NCBI GenBank assembly: GCA_020137815.1
Contig: CM035352.1
Span: 8,060,001-8,124,000 of the forward strand
DNA: 64,000 bases
Direction: 5' to 3'
Source of the DNA: Hormiphora californensis
Taxonomy: Eukaryota > Animalia > Ctenophora
The translations under genes were made by a program, and so were the position numbers. Positions 13,305 to 26,407 of this stretch are shown here, in pieces. Position 1 is the stretch's first letter. Every line of letters starts with the position of its first letter. The notes below the pieces were generated by a model. That model worked only from the letters and a program-made list of their open reading frames with translations, made no database searches and had not been told where the DNA came from.

Positions 13305-16300
13305 TCAATTATCTGGCGAGGTATCGTCTTGTAAGATAGCCAGCTGGTTTACAAGTCCATCAATAGTTATTCGATCGTCTGTTTCCACAACCCAACAAAG
13401 CGCCACCGTCGTCCACACCGACTAAAATGGGTTATGGTGAGTTGAAAATAACTTGAAATCTTTCTGTGTAACTTACATTCGGACATATTATTGGCTGCGA
13501 AAGTCGCCCTCCCTTGCCGATAAACACTATAGCGTCCTGGTTGCTGTAGGTGGCATAAGGGGTGGCTCCGAATGAGAAAATTTCCCAAAGCAGCACTCCA
13601 CAGGCCCAAACATCACTTGCAGCGGAGTAGCGACCAAATGTCAGTGCCTCTGGTGACATCCATTTCACTGGAACCATGCCACCATCCTATGGAATGTGGG
13701 GTATTATTACATCTGTTAGTTTGGGAAGAATGAGTATCACTGTTAGTCAGGAGAGGAGGAGTATTACTCATTATCTGTTTGATTTGTCTATTGTACTGCG
13801 AAATATATAATTCATCCGATCAGGATGTGATAAGATTTAAATGATGATGATGATTTATTTGATGAAGATGTGATAAGATTTAAATGATGACGATGATTTA
13901 TTTGATGAAGATGTGATTAGTTAGGAGAGGAGGAGTATTACTCATTATCTGTTTGATTTGTCTATTGTACTGCAAAATATATTCATTTGATCAAGATATT
14001 GTGATAAGATTTAAAAGATGATGATGATTCATTTGATGAAGATGTGATAAGATTTAAATGATGATGATGATTCATTTGATGAAGATGTAATAAAAGCTGC
14101 CTACTTTTTTATAGTAGTTCTTGCCATCGTCTCTGGCAGTTCCTCTGGACAGCCCAAAATCTGCCAACTTTACAATGTTGTTGGCACCAACCAGACAGTT
14201 CCTCGCACTGATATCGCGATGCACTATGTTTTTGGAGCTAAGGTACTGGATAGCCTTGCACGGCTGGATGCCCATCAGAAGGAGGTCTTGGGAAGTCAGG
14301 ATTGATGGCTCTCCGGGTTTAGGGGTATTGTCCATTAGAAAGTCGTTCAGTGGTCCTCCTGCCATGTACTCTACGGAAACATTGAAAAGTAAACAATAGT
14401 GAGATTTCCATACATGTATACGATGTCTACAAGAGGTTTAATTTTCAAGTCAGTTACCCATTATAATGAAGAGGGGCATGGTTTCCGTACACAGTCCAAC
14501 AAGGCTGACAATGAACTCGTGGTGAAGGGTCGTCATGATGTTTATCTCTTTCTCAAACTCAATGATCGCCTGCCTGTCCAATCTTCCCGGCTGAAATATC
14601 CAAAATTTCATCCTCCAGACGCAGCAATCACAAACAAACAAACAAACATCCACAATTAAACTAAACTATACGAATCACGACCCCACCATCATTCGTAGCT
14701 CAACTTACCTTGATTGTTTTGATCGCCACTTTGTCAGTAGTCCTTGTTGGGTCAACCATGGTCCCCAGGCAGACACTCCCAAAGTTTCCTTCTCCCAAAA
14801 CCCGATCAATTGCAATATCATCCCGGCTTCTCTGCCAGTGCCCATGTGTGTGAGTTATCTGAAAAAGTTATGTTGATGTTGTTAGTTACCGACTTGCCAT
14901 GCCTTGCTCGACACTCGCTCTCTGCACTTCCAAGATTAAAAAAGGCTTTGAACAAAACAATTACCCAACTAACCTGTGCAAGTTTCCCCTCGAGAGGGCC
15001 CGGTCCAATGGCTCCATCAAGAGAGTCTTGTTGGTAATGATTTGTTGCATCCTCTAGCAGCTGAACTGCACAACTCTGCTCATTTGATGCTTGTGCATGT
15101 TTCACCTCCATTAGTCGCATGGACTGAAATCATATATTAAAAGTGAAAACATCAATACACTGAAAAAAGTCCAAAATACGGTAACTTACAATTTGGATTT
15201 TCTTTTGAAGTCTGCGTTTCCGAACAAAGTATATTGTTGTGAGAACTACAATTGTGGCAACCATGACTACTACCACCGTCACCGAGATGTATATACTACT
15301 GTTGTCTTTCCCTGATACAAAATACGTGTTATCAACGAAAGACGCATGTAAACTTGATGAGTTAAATCGAGTTCAGAGAGGCTGAAGCGTTTGTTTTTTA
15401 TATGTGGATGTCTCGACATGATTAGTCAAACTATTTTGAAGAAGATTGAAGATTGAAGATAAACTATGTATACAGTTGCTAGCACTAACTTGTAAAAGAT
15501 ATCTTAACTTCATCCTCATTGTGATAGTTGTGGTAATCACCCGTAGAACAGCGATAGAACCCGCTCCAGGGCTCTGCAAACGTCACCTCTATAACTTTCA
15601 CTACTACTTCTGAAATTGTATCTAGATTAGTCACCGAGAACATGACACAGAACTCAAATAATCTGCAGATTTCTTACCATCGTCAACAGTTTCTGTGCGA
15701 ATGGAAGGATTATCAGAGATAGTAATAAAAGATTTGTCGCCCTCTACTTTTTGTTGCCATGCGATACCATCCAAACTCTTTTTTCTTCCCGACTTGGTCC
15801 GGCAGCTAATTGTTACTACCTCGCCCGTGTAAGCACTCTCCTTACTGGCTGACACTGTCAGATGATGTTGTGCTGAGAGGGAGATGGTGTCGATGATGAG
15901 AAAAGATGTCCAGTGATTTAACTTTGTGTTTTACAGACCCCGATTTACTGGACCCTGATTTACCGGAACCCCGATTTACCGGGAGGATAAACTTCCCCCG
16001 ATATAGGAAAATATCAGTATGTCACACCGATATACCGGGCATCCCGATTTACCGGGCAAAACCCTTTCCCCCGAGCATACCAGTAAATCGGGGTCCGACT
16101 GTATAACAAAATTTAAGTTTATACCAGATATTCTTTTGGTTAGTTGACCCCCCTACTCACGAAATATTTGATAAGGTTCTTCTGATTTTGATCGGATTGT
16201 AATGTTTCCCTCTAAAGTTAGTAAACACTTGATCTTTATACCCTGGTAGCCGTAAACATCGATCGTTGTGTTTATCTTCAGTTCCGTGCCATTCTGGAAA

Positions 16301-16431
16301 ATTATACTGTTATTATTCGCTAAAAACGTGTGTTATGTCATATGATAAATATATGCTTCACTACTATAGCACTACTCATACCCTGAACACTACTCATACC
16401 CTGAAAGTGGGTCGGAATGTTGGGAGGTGCT

Positions 16432-16466
<35 letters not shown>

Positions 16467-16932
16467 GAACACTTCTAAGAATGGAACGTGTTGACATACA
16501 TGCTTTGTTGTGTTGAAGAGTGGCTCAAGTTCAACATATGGCTCCTCAGGTCCACTCTGTAGGAGTATTTTGGTGTTTTCTAACCAGGTTCTCCTTTCGG
16601 GGCATTCCCTTTGATTATTCATTAGACTACATTTTAGTTCCATCGAGACATGTTGATATAACGGGTAGTTCCTGTGTCCGTGTAGAGAGAAGCCAGTATA
16701 GATGGTGTTATTCTTCATTTTGTCACAGCCCAACCAATCAGACTCTGAAAGGAATAAATTATTTCTCTCACTGCCATGACTAATCTCGTATGTAATTATT
16801 ACCATCTGGAGAGGGGGGTGTCTCCGGGGCTGAAGTTGAGGGTGTTGGTGCTACCGTGCCACTTGGTGGATCAGAGGTGCTGCCACTTGTAATTGCTATC
16901 AAAGCGAGGGAGCAAGCGAGAAGGAACAACAT
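13305..16932 (-). CDS. Receptor tyrosine kinase with Ig-like ectodomain, ~13 exons
   Basis: Signal peptide [17 protein letters not shown]; Ig-like exons (VTISC...IAWQQ); TM exon ~15190-15312. Kinase motifs [61 protein letters not shown]. Last exon [10 protein letters not shown]...DN stop at 13305. Confidence 0.9.
13740..14090. repeat. Intronic compound tandem repeat
   Basis: ~180 bp duplication containing ~42 bp gatgaagatgtgataagatttaaatgatgatgatgatttattt units. Confidence 0.85.
15932..16103. mobile_element. Tc1/mariner-pogo-like MITE in an RTK intron
   Basis: tacagaccccgatttactgg ... ccagtaaatcggggtccgactgta, TA ends, internal ccgatttaccgg repeats. Confidence 0.75.
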
Positions 16933-17238
16933 AACAGTTAAAAAAGAATAACAAAATGGGCTCGTGGTACTCAAAATTGTATTTGAGGTTGACAAGGATG
17001 GTTGGTTTAAAACGTTCCATGAGTACCTAGAAATTCTTATTCCTTAATCCTTCTCTCCTCAATATCTCATTCTCTGAGAGTATCTCTCCCCTATGTCTCT
17101 CCTTCAATTCTGTCCTTATATGTCTCCCACTCTCACAGTGATCTAGGAAAAGGTAAACTGAACAAAAGTATCAAAAGTACTCCCTCTCTCAATCTCCATA
17201 TATACTATAATATCTGATAGACTCCACTTTTCTCTAGG

Positions 17239-19636
17239 ATGGCCGAGGGAGACGGTGGTGGTGTCCAGGAAGTCATTGATATTGATTCCGATGATTCCAG
17301 TGATTCTAACTCAGAGTTCGCAGTTCCTGAGCCCACTGATTCCCCATACCGAAAGAGAAGGAACACAAACTTTTTCAGCCGGCTCAACACCACCGTCCAG
17401 GATGATGAAGATCTGAATGGGGAGCTGGACCCTAACCAGTTATGGCTGGGATCCCTAGATTGGAATGCGAGGGTTACCAAGGGGCACCATCACACTGAAC
17501 AATACGATAACAAGCAGCTCATTGTGAGACGGGGCCAAGAGTTTTCAATGAAAATCAAATTTGATAGGGAGTTCGATGAGGTCAAACATTCCTTTACGCT
17601 GAGTTTTTACACGGGGGATAAGCCATCAATCGGTAGGTGTACATGGGATCAACCATGCTTGCAGACATGACATGACAGACAGAATTACATGAATTGTATT
17701 GAAAACCCAAAAGCTAACACTACCTCTATTTTCAGCAAAGGGAACACTGTTTACCCTCACCAAAAGCCCCACTCTCTCCACGAAATCATGGGGATTCAAA
17801 GTGAACTCTATTGAGCGGGAGTGTGTATCCATCACTGTTATGCCTGCGGTCACCTCTCCAGTTGGGATCTACAAGCTAATGGTTGAATCTAGCTGCAGAA
17901 ACACAGATACCCTGACCACCCACACCACCAAATACTCCTGTTCTGAGGGGATGTACGTGCTGTTCAATGCGTGGTGCAAGGAGGATCCCGTGTACATGGA
18001 GGACGAAGAGGCGAAGGGAGAGTACGTGTTGAATGATGTGGGACTAATATGGGTCGGCACCCATCGAGATTACGAGCCCATACCCTGGAACTATGGACAG
18101 TATGAGATGTGTGTTTTGGAGTGTGTTGTGTTCCTCTTCGCACGTGCAAATCTATCTGTCGAGGCACGTGCTGATCCGGTCAAGCTGACACGAGCTCTTT
18201 CCGCTGTTGTTAATGCTACTGATGACAATGGGGTCCTGGTGGGCCGATGGACGGAGACCTTCCCTGCCAATACAACAGATCCCTCAAATTGGGCGGGAAG
18301 TGTCGAGATCCTCCGACTATTTGTTCTCCTTCAGAGCTCCGTTAGGTACGGACAGTGTTGGGTGTTCAGCGGAGTTCTAACCACCATCCTGCGGTGTTTA
18401 GGCATCCCTTGTCGATCTGTCACGAACTTTGAATCAGGACACGACATAGATTGTAGTCACTCCATTGATTGTCATTACGATACGGAAGGAAACTCCATGG
18501 ATGACCTGGATGACTCCATTTGGAATTTCCACGTGTGGAACGAGGCGTGGTTCCGGAGATCTGACCTACCTCCGGGGTATGATGGTTGGCAGGCGGTGGA
18601 TGCCACACCCCAGGAGGCCAGTGAGAGTGTGATGAGGTGTGGACCGTGCCCTGTCAAGGCGATCAAGGAGGGTGATCTCTACCTCCCATATGATGTGGGA
18701 TTCCTCTTCTCGGAGGTGAACGGTGATAGGATCTGGTGGAAGGTTGAGAAAGATGGGGATATGGCTGTGGAGTATGTGGATAAGAGTTGTATCGGGAAAC
18801 ACATCAGTACCAAGGCAGTGGGGTCTGATGAAAGGGAGGATCTGACAAACTGCTACAAGTATGAGGAAGGTAGTGAGAAGGAGAGGAGAGGTACAGGAAA
18901 AAGTTTCACACTTTAGCTCGCGGAAAGAAGTGGGTTGTGAAACCAATAAGCAGGGATTTGGAGGTTGAAATTGAGCGGGAAACTGCCCTAATGGGAAGCG
19001 ATATCACGATCCCTGTCAAACTCACAAACAAAAGTGAGTCCTCCTCCCGAACAGTATCAATCAGTGCCCAGGTTAGATGCTCAGCGTATACCGGGCGAAC
19101 GGATAGCAACGCACCGAATCCTCAAAACGGTACACAGCGTGCACGAGGTGTCGGAAGGCGAGAGCGATACTGTCACCATTAACAATTCCAACCGGATGAC
19201 TACGTGAAAAAGATCAAGGCCGGGCTCCGTGCTGAACCTGTTCCTGAAGGCCCAATGTCCAGGAGACAAAGCAGGTAGTTTGCGACGAAAGAATCGTTCT
19301 CGGTCAAAAAGGGTTCAGGTATCACGATCGTGTGCTCGGAAAAGACAGTTAAGCAATACGAGGATTTCGAGGTTTCGGTCAGTTACACAAATGCAACGGA
19401 TACCAGGCTAACTCGATGTCCATTTTTACATGGAAGGCCCTGGGATCAGACGGAGCAAGAAGTTATACTGCGGAACGGTCCAACCCCAAAAGACAATTGA
19501 TCGTAAAATCACCCTGTCAGCACATCGATTGGGAGAGCGAACTCTGTTGGTGAAATTTTGTAATAGCAAAATAGCTCACGCCACGGAGCGGATAAAGATT
19601 GTGGTGGAGCAAGCAGAGCCCACAGAGATTGAGTAG
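17239..19636 (+). CDS. Transglutaminase (protein-glutamine gamma-glutamyltransferase), intron 17633-17735, several apparent frameshifts at 18890-19430
   Basis: LIVRRGQEF; catalytic triad GQCWVF / WNFHVWNE / WQAVDATPQE; YKYEEGSEKER. C-terminal beta-barrel fragments lie in shifting frames. Confidence 0.93.
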
Positions 19637-19967
19637 TTGAAGTTCCTCCCGAAATATATTACATGTGTGTGAATGTTACCCATTCTTTATCATCAGATTA
19701 TTATCGTTTTGAATACGTGCTATATATAATATATTATATCGAAAGCCTTGGCCCTTGTGTTTGTAGCTTTATCTACGGCTGTTTAATACAAGGATGTTTT
19801 AATTTTAATGCTATATTTTTAATCTTACAGTTAAAGACTCCATTTCTTTTTTGTCGCTCAATTGTAAGTGATACACTTCCCCCTCCCGGTTCTTGAGCAC
19901 CACCTCCTCAAGAGAATTCACCTCTTATTTCTAATCTAACCCCACTTGTCCCTTTTAGCTCATCAAA

Positions 19968-20885
19968 ATGCAAACAGAACTCTCAACATTCGACCGACTC
20001 CGATGCAAGGTGTTCAACGGTGCTTTTGCAGGCGTGGTTGGTGTCACTTGTACCTTTCCCCTAGATTTGGTGAAAACAAGAATGCAGTCCCAGAACAAAT
20101 CTGGTGGTGGTCCACCCAAGTATCGGAATGCAGCCCACTGTTTCCAGTCTGTTGTCCGGGGTGAGGGGTTCCGGGGTTTGTACCGGGGCGTGGGGGTGAA
20201 CCTTCTACTTATCAACCCTGAGAAGGCCATCAAACTCGTGGTAAACGATGAACTGAGAAGGAACTTTGCCAAGAGATCCGGTAAGCAGAAGATATCTGTG
20301 TTACATGAGGTGCTAGCGGGAGCTGGTGCCGGATCATGTCAGATCGTGATCACCACCCCTATGGAACTGCTGAAGATTCAAATGCAGTTGGCATCCCAAA
20401 TACCGGGGAACAAGATGACTGCCTTACAGCTGGCTAAGCAGCTTTATTCGGAAAAGGGACTGCGGGGATTGTACAAGGGCACTCTTGTCACCGCTCTCCG
20501 GGATGTCTCTTTCTCCTGTGTTTACTTCCCCTTGGTCGGTATTGGATGTAGCTACTTCGCGAGCGAGGGAGAAGACAAGTTCACATCGTTCATGAAGACC
20601 CTGGCTATCGCTTCCTTTGCAGGTGCATCTGCTTCCGGTCTCGTTACTCCATTTGATGTTGTTAAAACGCGGATCCAGACTATCTCTCCCGGGGTAAACG
20701 CTGTGAAATATAATGGTGTACCGGACACTTTTGCAAAGGTGATCAAGAATGAAGGTTTTGGAGCACTTTACAAGGGGTGTGTACCTAGAATGAGTGTCAT
20801 CGCACCTCTCATGGCCATCGCTCAGTCGGTGTATTTCATCGGTGTTGCTGAGATGCTGTTTGGGGTGAATGATAAGAAATACTAA
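19968..20885 (+). CDS. SLC25A22: Mitochondrial glutamate carrier (SLC25A22/SLC25A18-like), intronless
   Basis: Three carrier repeats (PLDLVKTRMQ, PMELLKIQMQ, PFDVVKTRIQ) and GC-type motifs VNLLLINPEKAIKL, GAGAGSCQIVITTP, RDVSFS, RMSVIAPL. Confidence 0.88.
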   Translation: MQTELSTFDRLRCKVFNGAFAGVVGVTCTFPLDLVKTRMQSQNKSGGGPPKYRNAAHCFQSVVRGEGFRGLYRGVGVNLLLINPEKAIKLVVNDELRRNFAKRSGKQKISVLHEVLAGAGAGSCQIVITTPMELLKIQMQLASQIPGNKMTALQLAKQLYSEKGLRGLYKGTLVTALRDVSFSCVYFPLVGIGCSYFASEGEDKFTSFMKTLAIASFAGASASGLVTPFDVVKTRIQTISPGVNAVKYNGVPDTFAKVIKNEGFGALYKGCVPRMSVIAPLMAIAQSVYFIGVAEMLFGVNDKKY

Positions 20886-21294
20886 TGGAAATACTAATAT
20901 ATAGGATTCAAATTATTGACTGGATACTGTTTAGACTTTAGGTGTGAGATAGAGACTGGAGGAGATTTGACAGGTAGTTGGTTTTGGGAAAGGACGTTAT
21001 TTGTTTTCTGAGAAATACTATCTGTAATTTTGGGTGTTCTGTTTTTACTGCCAAAAGAAAGATCGAGAATCATTGAAGTCTTCACCCTTGTGTATGTTGT
21101 TGTAATGTTGTTAATATCGCATGTTTTTTAAAAAACATTTACAAAATCCAAATTTATTCTCTGCCTGTGTCAAATTCCTTTGCTTTACCCAACGGCCAAC
21201 CCGTTTCCCCAAATCTCTTGATCAAATTACCTGACCCAGTTATTAATTTGTTATCGTCTTTTCACTTTTCCCACCAGGTCCTATTGTCAGCCAA

Positions 21295-23568
21295 ATGAGC
21301 ACGACCAAACGTTGGAACAATCGCTGGAGAGGTCCAAAAAGAGGTGGAGGTGGAAAATGGCCCCGCCGATCTTCTGTCCCTGCCTCGCCCCGAACCCCCT
21401 GCCAACAGCCTCAAGACTCCGGGGACTCCCCCTACCACGGGTGGATGGAATACTTTCCCGACGATATCTTCAATTCTGAGTCTCCCCTAGCTGGCAGACT
21501 ACGGGTTTTTACCGAAGTATTTAGAGAGATACTGATTGATTTTGCCCTGATTGAGCAGATATCGAGTAAGGGCTCTCTAACAGTAAGCACTGATAAGATC
21601 ATTGATGCTGTCACCGAGACGATACCTGATTTCTCGGATCAACTGAAAAACACCCCCGACATAACGATCCGAACAATGTCACTAGCGGTGTACCACTGTC
21701 TAATACAATTAGAGGTGGGCAGTCAGGTGATGGAGAACTTTCCGCTCCTTATCGTCAGGCTCTCTGATTTCTCCCCAATCACTCCCCTCAAGGAACTCAG
21801 AGCGAATCTGTATGGCAAGTTTGTCACAGTGCACGGTACTGTTGTTAGGGTCAGTGACATTCGGCCCCTGGTTACCCACCTCCAATTCTCCTGCGCTTCT
21901 TGTTCCCAGACCTTTGCACACCCCCTGAAAGATGGGAAATACTCTACACCGGGGGTGTGTTGTGGTGGTCCAATGACTCCCACACATGCCGGCCCTCTAA
22001 CCCGAACCACGGACATCCAGAAGGTCCGACTACAGGAAGTGGTGACTGAGGAGCAGAATGAACCAGGTCGGATACCTCGAACTGTGGAGTGTGAGCTGAC
22101 CGGGGACCTGGTTGGGGCGTGTGTTCCGGGTGAGAATGTGCAGATAACGGGGATTGTGAAGGTTTACCAGGGGGGTGAGGAGCAGAAGGTCAGGAAGGAC
22201 AAGTGTGTGTTTCTGTTGTATATCCATGCTAACTTTGTGGGGTCTTCATCTGCTACAGGAGACAGTGCTTTAGTCATATCCATGGACGATATGGATAGTA
22301 TCACGGATGTAGCAGATAGATATCCTTTTGGAGCTCTCGTTAGCTCACTTTGTCCAACCATATTTGGTCATTCCTTAGTGAAGGCCGGCCTGATATTAGC
22401 GCTAGTAGGGGGCACTGAACGTCCTACTACCTCTGGTATCCACAAGAGATCAGATTCCCATGTTCTTGTGGTTGGTGATCCCGGTTTGGGTAAATCCCAA
22501 CTCCTCCAAGCGGTCAGTAACATAGCACCCCGGGGAGTGTATGTGTGTGGAAACAGTGCCACATCAGCCGGCCTCACTGTCTCCTTGTCCCGGGATGGAT
22601 CGGACACGGTGTTGGAAGCGGGTGCCCTAGTGTTAGCTGATAAAGGGTGCTGCTGTATTGATGAGTTCGATAAAATGGCTGGACAGCACAGTGCTCTGTT
22701 GGAGGCCATGGAACAACAGAGTATATCCATTGCCAAGGCGGGTATGGTATGTTCCCTGCCCGCCAGGACCTCCATCATTGCCGCTGCGAACCCCATTGGA
22801 GGGCACTATAACCCCCGGAAAACTGTGTCAGAAAACCTCAAACTATCCGGCCCCCTACTCTCCAGGTTTGACCTGATTTTCATTCTCCTGGACCGACCAG
22901 ATACGGGTCTGGACAAATTCCTCAGTGATAATATCCTAGCCATGCACGCTGGTGAGAGTGGTAGCCAGATAGATCTATTTGAATCAGACCTACCACTTGA
23001 ACAGAAACTACTTTCCTGCAAAGAAGTCTTGGAACCCCTCTTACTCAAGAAATATCTGGCACATTGCAGAGCTACCGTCCATCCGACCCTTAGCGATGAA
23101 GCCCGGGCCATACTAAAAGAGTTCTACTTGCAACTCCGGGCCGAGGACTCTAACGAAGATACACCTGTAACAACCCGCCAACTGGAGAGTCTGATCAGAC
23201 TGACGGAGAGTAGGGCCAGGGTGGGGTTAAGGGATGTCGCCAGTGGGGCTGATGCTATCGATGTGGTGGAGATCTTCCAGCACTGTCTTAGGGATGTCCG
23301 GTCTGAGGGAGGGGGTGCGGGGAGAGCTGGTGAAGGGAAGTGTATGGGAGTGGGGAAGGCATCTAAGTTACTCATTGCGGCACTCAATAAGCACTCTGAG
23401 CGGACAACTAACTCAATCTTCTCTTTGCCTGAGATAAGAGAGGTTATGGCACGGTCAAGGATAGAGGTGAAGAGTTTTGATAGTTTATTAATTGCTCTTA
23501 ATGAACAGGGGTTCTTGTTAAAGAAGGGTCCTAATTTGTTCCAGTTACAAACAAGTAACTGCCTCTAA
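21295..23568 (+). CDS. MCM8: DNA helicase MCM8, intronless, 757 aa
   Basis: LRANLYGKFVTVHGTVVRVS, GRIPRTVECEL, Walker A GDPGLGKSQLL, IDEFDKM, LLSRFDL, TTRQLESLIRL, C-terminal LNEQGFLLKKG. Confidence 0.95.
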   Translation: MSTTKRWNNRWRGPKRGGGGKWPRRSSVPASPRTPCQQPQDSGDSPYHGWMEYFPDDIFNSESPLAGRLRVFTEVFREILIDFALIEQISSKGSLTVSTDKIIDAVTETIPDFSDQLKNTPDITIRTMSLAVYHCLIQLEVGSQVMENFPLLIVRLSDFSPITPLKELRANLYGKFVTVHGTVVRVSDIRPLVTHLQFSCASCSQTFAHPLKDGKYSTPGVCCGGPMTPTHAGPLTRTTDIQKVRLQEVVTEEQNEPGRIPRTVECELTGDLVGACVPGENVQITGIVKVYQGGEEQKVRKDKCVFLLYIHANFVGSSSATGDSALVISMDDMDSITDVADRYPFGALVSSLCPTIFGHSLVKAGLILALVGGTERPTTSGIHKRSDSHVLVVGDPGLGKSQLLQAVSNIAPRGVYVCGNSATSAGLTVSLSRDGSDTVLEAGALVLADKGCCCIDEFDKMAGQHSALLEAMEQQSISIAKAGMVCSLPARTSIIAAANPIGGHYNPRKTVSENLKLSGPLLSRFDLIFILLDRPDTGLDKFLSDNILAMHAGESGSQIDLFESDLPLEQKLLSCKEVLEPLLLKKYLAHCRATVHPTLSDEARAILKEFYLQLRAEDSNEDTPVTTRQLESLIRLTESRARVGLRDVASGADAIDVVEIFQHCLRDVRSEGGGAGRAGEGKCMGVGKASKLLIAALNKHSERTTNSIFSLPEIREVMARSRIEVKSFDSLLIALNEQGFLLKKGPNLFQLQTSNCL

Positions 23569-23826
23569 GGGGTGTGTTTTTTTAATTTGTTTTGTTGTAC
23601 ATTATTTTGTTGAATTATTCATTTTTATACCTCATTATGTTTCGCCTAAAACTACCTGGTATTTTTCTGAATATGTATATCTCCCTAAAATTTACTCCTT
23701 GTCAAATTTCTCCCTATAATATCGTGCATTATTATATCAACTCTTTACAACTCTCTCTCTCCTCCACAGAATGGCCTGGTATGAAGGGTGCGCCGCTCCT
23801 CTGCTTTATTCTTGGTATCCCGTATC

Positions 23827-26036
23827 ATGAAGGGCGCCCTATTTCTCTGTTCCATTCTTCACATCATCTCAACTACCGGTTATGATCTTATCTCTTCTCT
23901 CCGTGACTCCCTGATAACTCCTTCCTTCTGTGATGGGGATTCAATACGCGTAAGCATTTTACTAAATAACCCCATGAGTAGTACCTTTGGAAGGGATTCC
24001 TGGTAGAATTCTCGACAGGATCAGGACCATGAGTAGTATTTATCTTAATATAGAGTTATTTGATCTTTTTTATAAAGAGTTACTATAATATTTCAGTGCT
24101 CAGAAGATTTCTCAATATGTGCAGTGAGTGATAGTATTATAGTGACCAATACCGGAGAGATAATCGTGGAATGTGATGAAAGTAACGAAATCACCCCTCC
24201 CTCTTTTCATCCAGTGAGTAGGGTAGATAATAGTATGATAATAGTAGTAGGGTAGAGAATAGTGACTGGCATAGAGTATAGACAGTTGTCTCCCCCACCC
24301 AAATCGTGATGTTCTCTGTTCTGTAGGGGTTCTGTAAACATGCCAAGAGCTACAAGACAGACATGAGACAGACAGACCGACAGACAGACAGACAGAACAA
24401 CAAACAAAACGCCATTTTCAACGGTCCTAGAGTGAGAGAATTCCATTCTGTGTGTCTGCAAACAATGGCAACAGGAAATATCATCAGTGGTCCATGTCTA
24501 GTGTGGTAGCAATTGTACTTGGCTATCAACATGTTCCTACCACTGTACAGACCTCACTGTGTTACTAAAACACAATGTTATTATAACACTGTTTGTTGAT
24601 GTGACATACAACAAGTTACTAACAACAACAATCTCCCCACCAGGGTCAGTGGAGGGTCAAACACCATGGTTACCATAGCAACAGACCTGGTTACCATAGC
24701 AACGACTGCGAAAAGATCCTTGAGAATGGAGTTGTAGTGCACAGTGATATACTGGATAATCTTTATCACAATATAAATCTTTACTTACACACTGTTGCTA
24801 GTGAAATGGTTGCTAGGCAATACTTTGGAGTATCTGGTAAGTTGCATTTTGCGATCTAGGTTTAGTTTGCAGTAGGTTAAAAGACCGATCAATATATATC
24901 ATCATCATGATAACTGAAGACGCGTCGTTATTTATTTTGGTAAAATATCACCCATGTTTCAGATACAGAAGTATTGGTTCTGGACTATACGGATACAAAC
25001 AGTTTCTCCTATCTCTGGGAGACCATCCCCTCTCTCAACTACCTCCCTGCCAAGGTGTAAGTCAACACTTTCCGGTAATATTTTATCCTGGGCCATATAT
25101 CTTTATCTCAAAAAGGGAATATATTATAGTCATAGTCTTCCTTTCCTAACATCTTCCCCCTCTCTCTCCCCAGGGTTGTGTAAGGATAAGGAATGCAGTG
25201 CTTGCTCTACGAACCCGATCACAGCGAGATATACTATGGTCTCCTATGATGGAAGGAAAATCTCTAAAGCTGCTTAGAGATATGATAAGCAATGTGAAGA
25301 GATACCACAATCTACCCACTTCTCTCCACCCCAGTAGAACCATTCTTTATGTAAGGAGAGAGACAAAACACCGTCGTGTCCTCAATGAGAATGAAATGAT
25401 AACAGCTCTTAGGAAACACTTTACAGTTCAGGTTTGTAATGTAGCTCAGTTTCGTTGAATTTTGTAAAATTAATCCCTTCGAACCCCCTCCGATCTTTGT
25501 AAAAGTCTGCCTACTACGTCCTCCCATCCTCCACTCTAACCCCTATTTCTCTGCAGGTGGCAGTATGTGACGGTATATCCCTCTCTTATCCTAAACAACT
25601 ATCCCTAGTTTCCTATCACCACGTCCTAATGAGTGTTCACGGTGCCGCCCTTGCTCACTCCCCCTTCCTCTCACAACCCTCGGCACTTTTTGAGCTGTTC
25701 AACGCTGGAGAAGACTACTGCTACAGGTATGATTCTGAGACGAAAGAGTCCCGACTGTAAACCCCCCCCCCCCCCCTCTAGTTTATTTTTGTGTTCTGCG
25801 TGTACAATGTACATTCATTATGTGTGTTGTGTGACACAATGTGCCAAAATGGGTGGGTTGGGTGTGTGGCGCGGGCCCCGAACGTCTCACAGTCGATGGG
25901 AGGGTGTTCTGTCAGCGCGCGTGAGAACGCAAACTCGCCCTTCTCCCTCCCTCCACGCCTCGTGTGTTACACAAAAAACAAACCACACATACAAAGCGGG
26001 CTACCCTGCTCTTCCGGTTCCTCACTTCACACACTC

Positions 26037-26098
<62 letters not shown>

Positions 26099-26311
26099 GA
26101 TTACCCAATCTGTTACAGGACACTGGCAGCCCGGTTTGGAATCCGATATTACACTCTCGACAGGATGCATGTAAAATTGACCTATGATAGAGGAGAAAAG
26201 AGAGGCTGGGTTACTCCTAAGGAAGCCAATTATACAGTGGATGTTGGCAAAGTTGTTAAAACTGTGCAGCAGTTGTTTCTCGAGTTGGAAGGCGCACGGG
26301 AAGAACTTTGA
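23827..26311 (+). CDS. EOGT: GT61 glycosyltransferase, EOGT-like, multi-exon
   Basis: Signal peptide MKGALFLCSILHII; NLYHN; RRVLNENEMITAL; MSVHGAALAHSPFL...FELFNAGEDYCYR|TLAARFGIRY. C-terminal REEL resembles an ER retention signal. Middle exons uncertain. Confidence 0.8.
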
Positions 26312-26407
26312 ATTTGTTGAATTGCTGAACATATTGATATTCCACTGTTAATTAACATTGATTATTTCAAACCCCCCCCTATTCTAACAACCCCGCCCTT
26401 GTATAGG

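Noticed and set aside
18891-18916. 26-nt GT-AG micro-intron that would restore the TGM frame
   Set aside because: The skipped bases read EVQEKVSHFSSR in a shifted frame, which matches the conserved post-YKYxEGS helix. Nearby indels also point to sequence error.
21432-23437. Many antisense or alternate-frame ORFs over MCM8 (likewise over TGM, DDX21 and RPS18)
   Set aside because: Shadow ORFs of real coding sequence, with no independent evidence.
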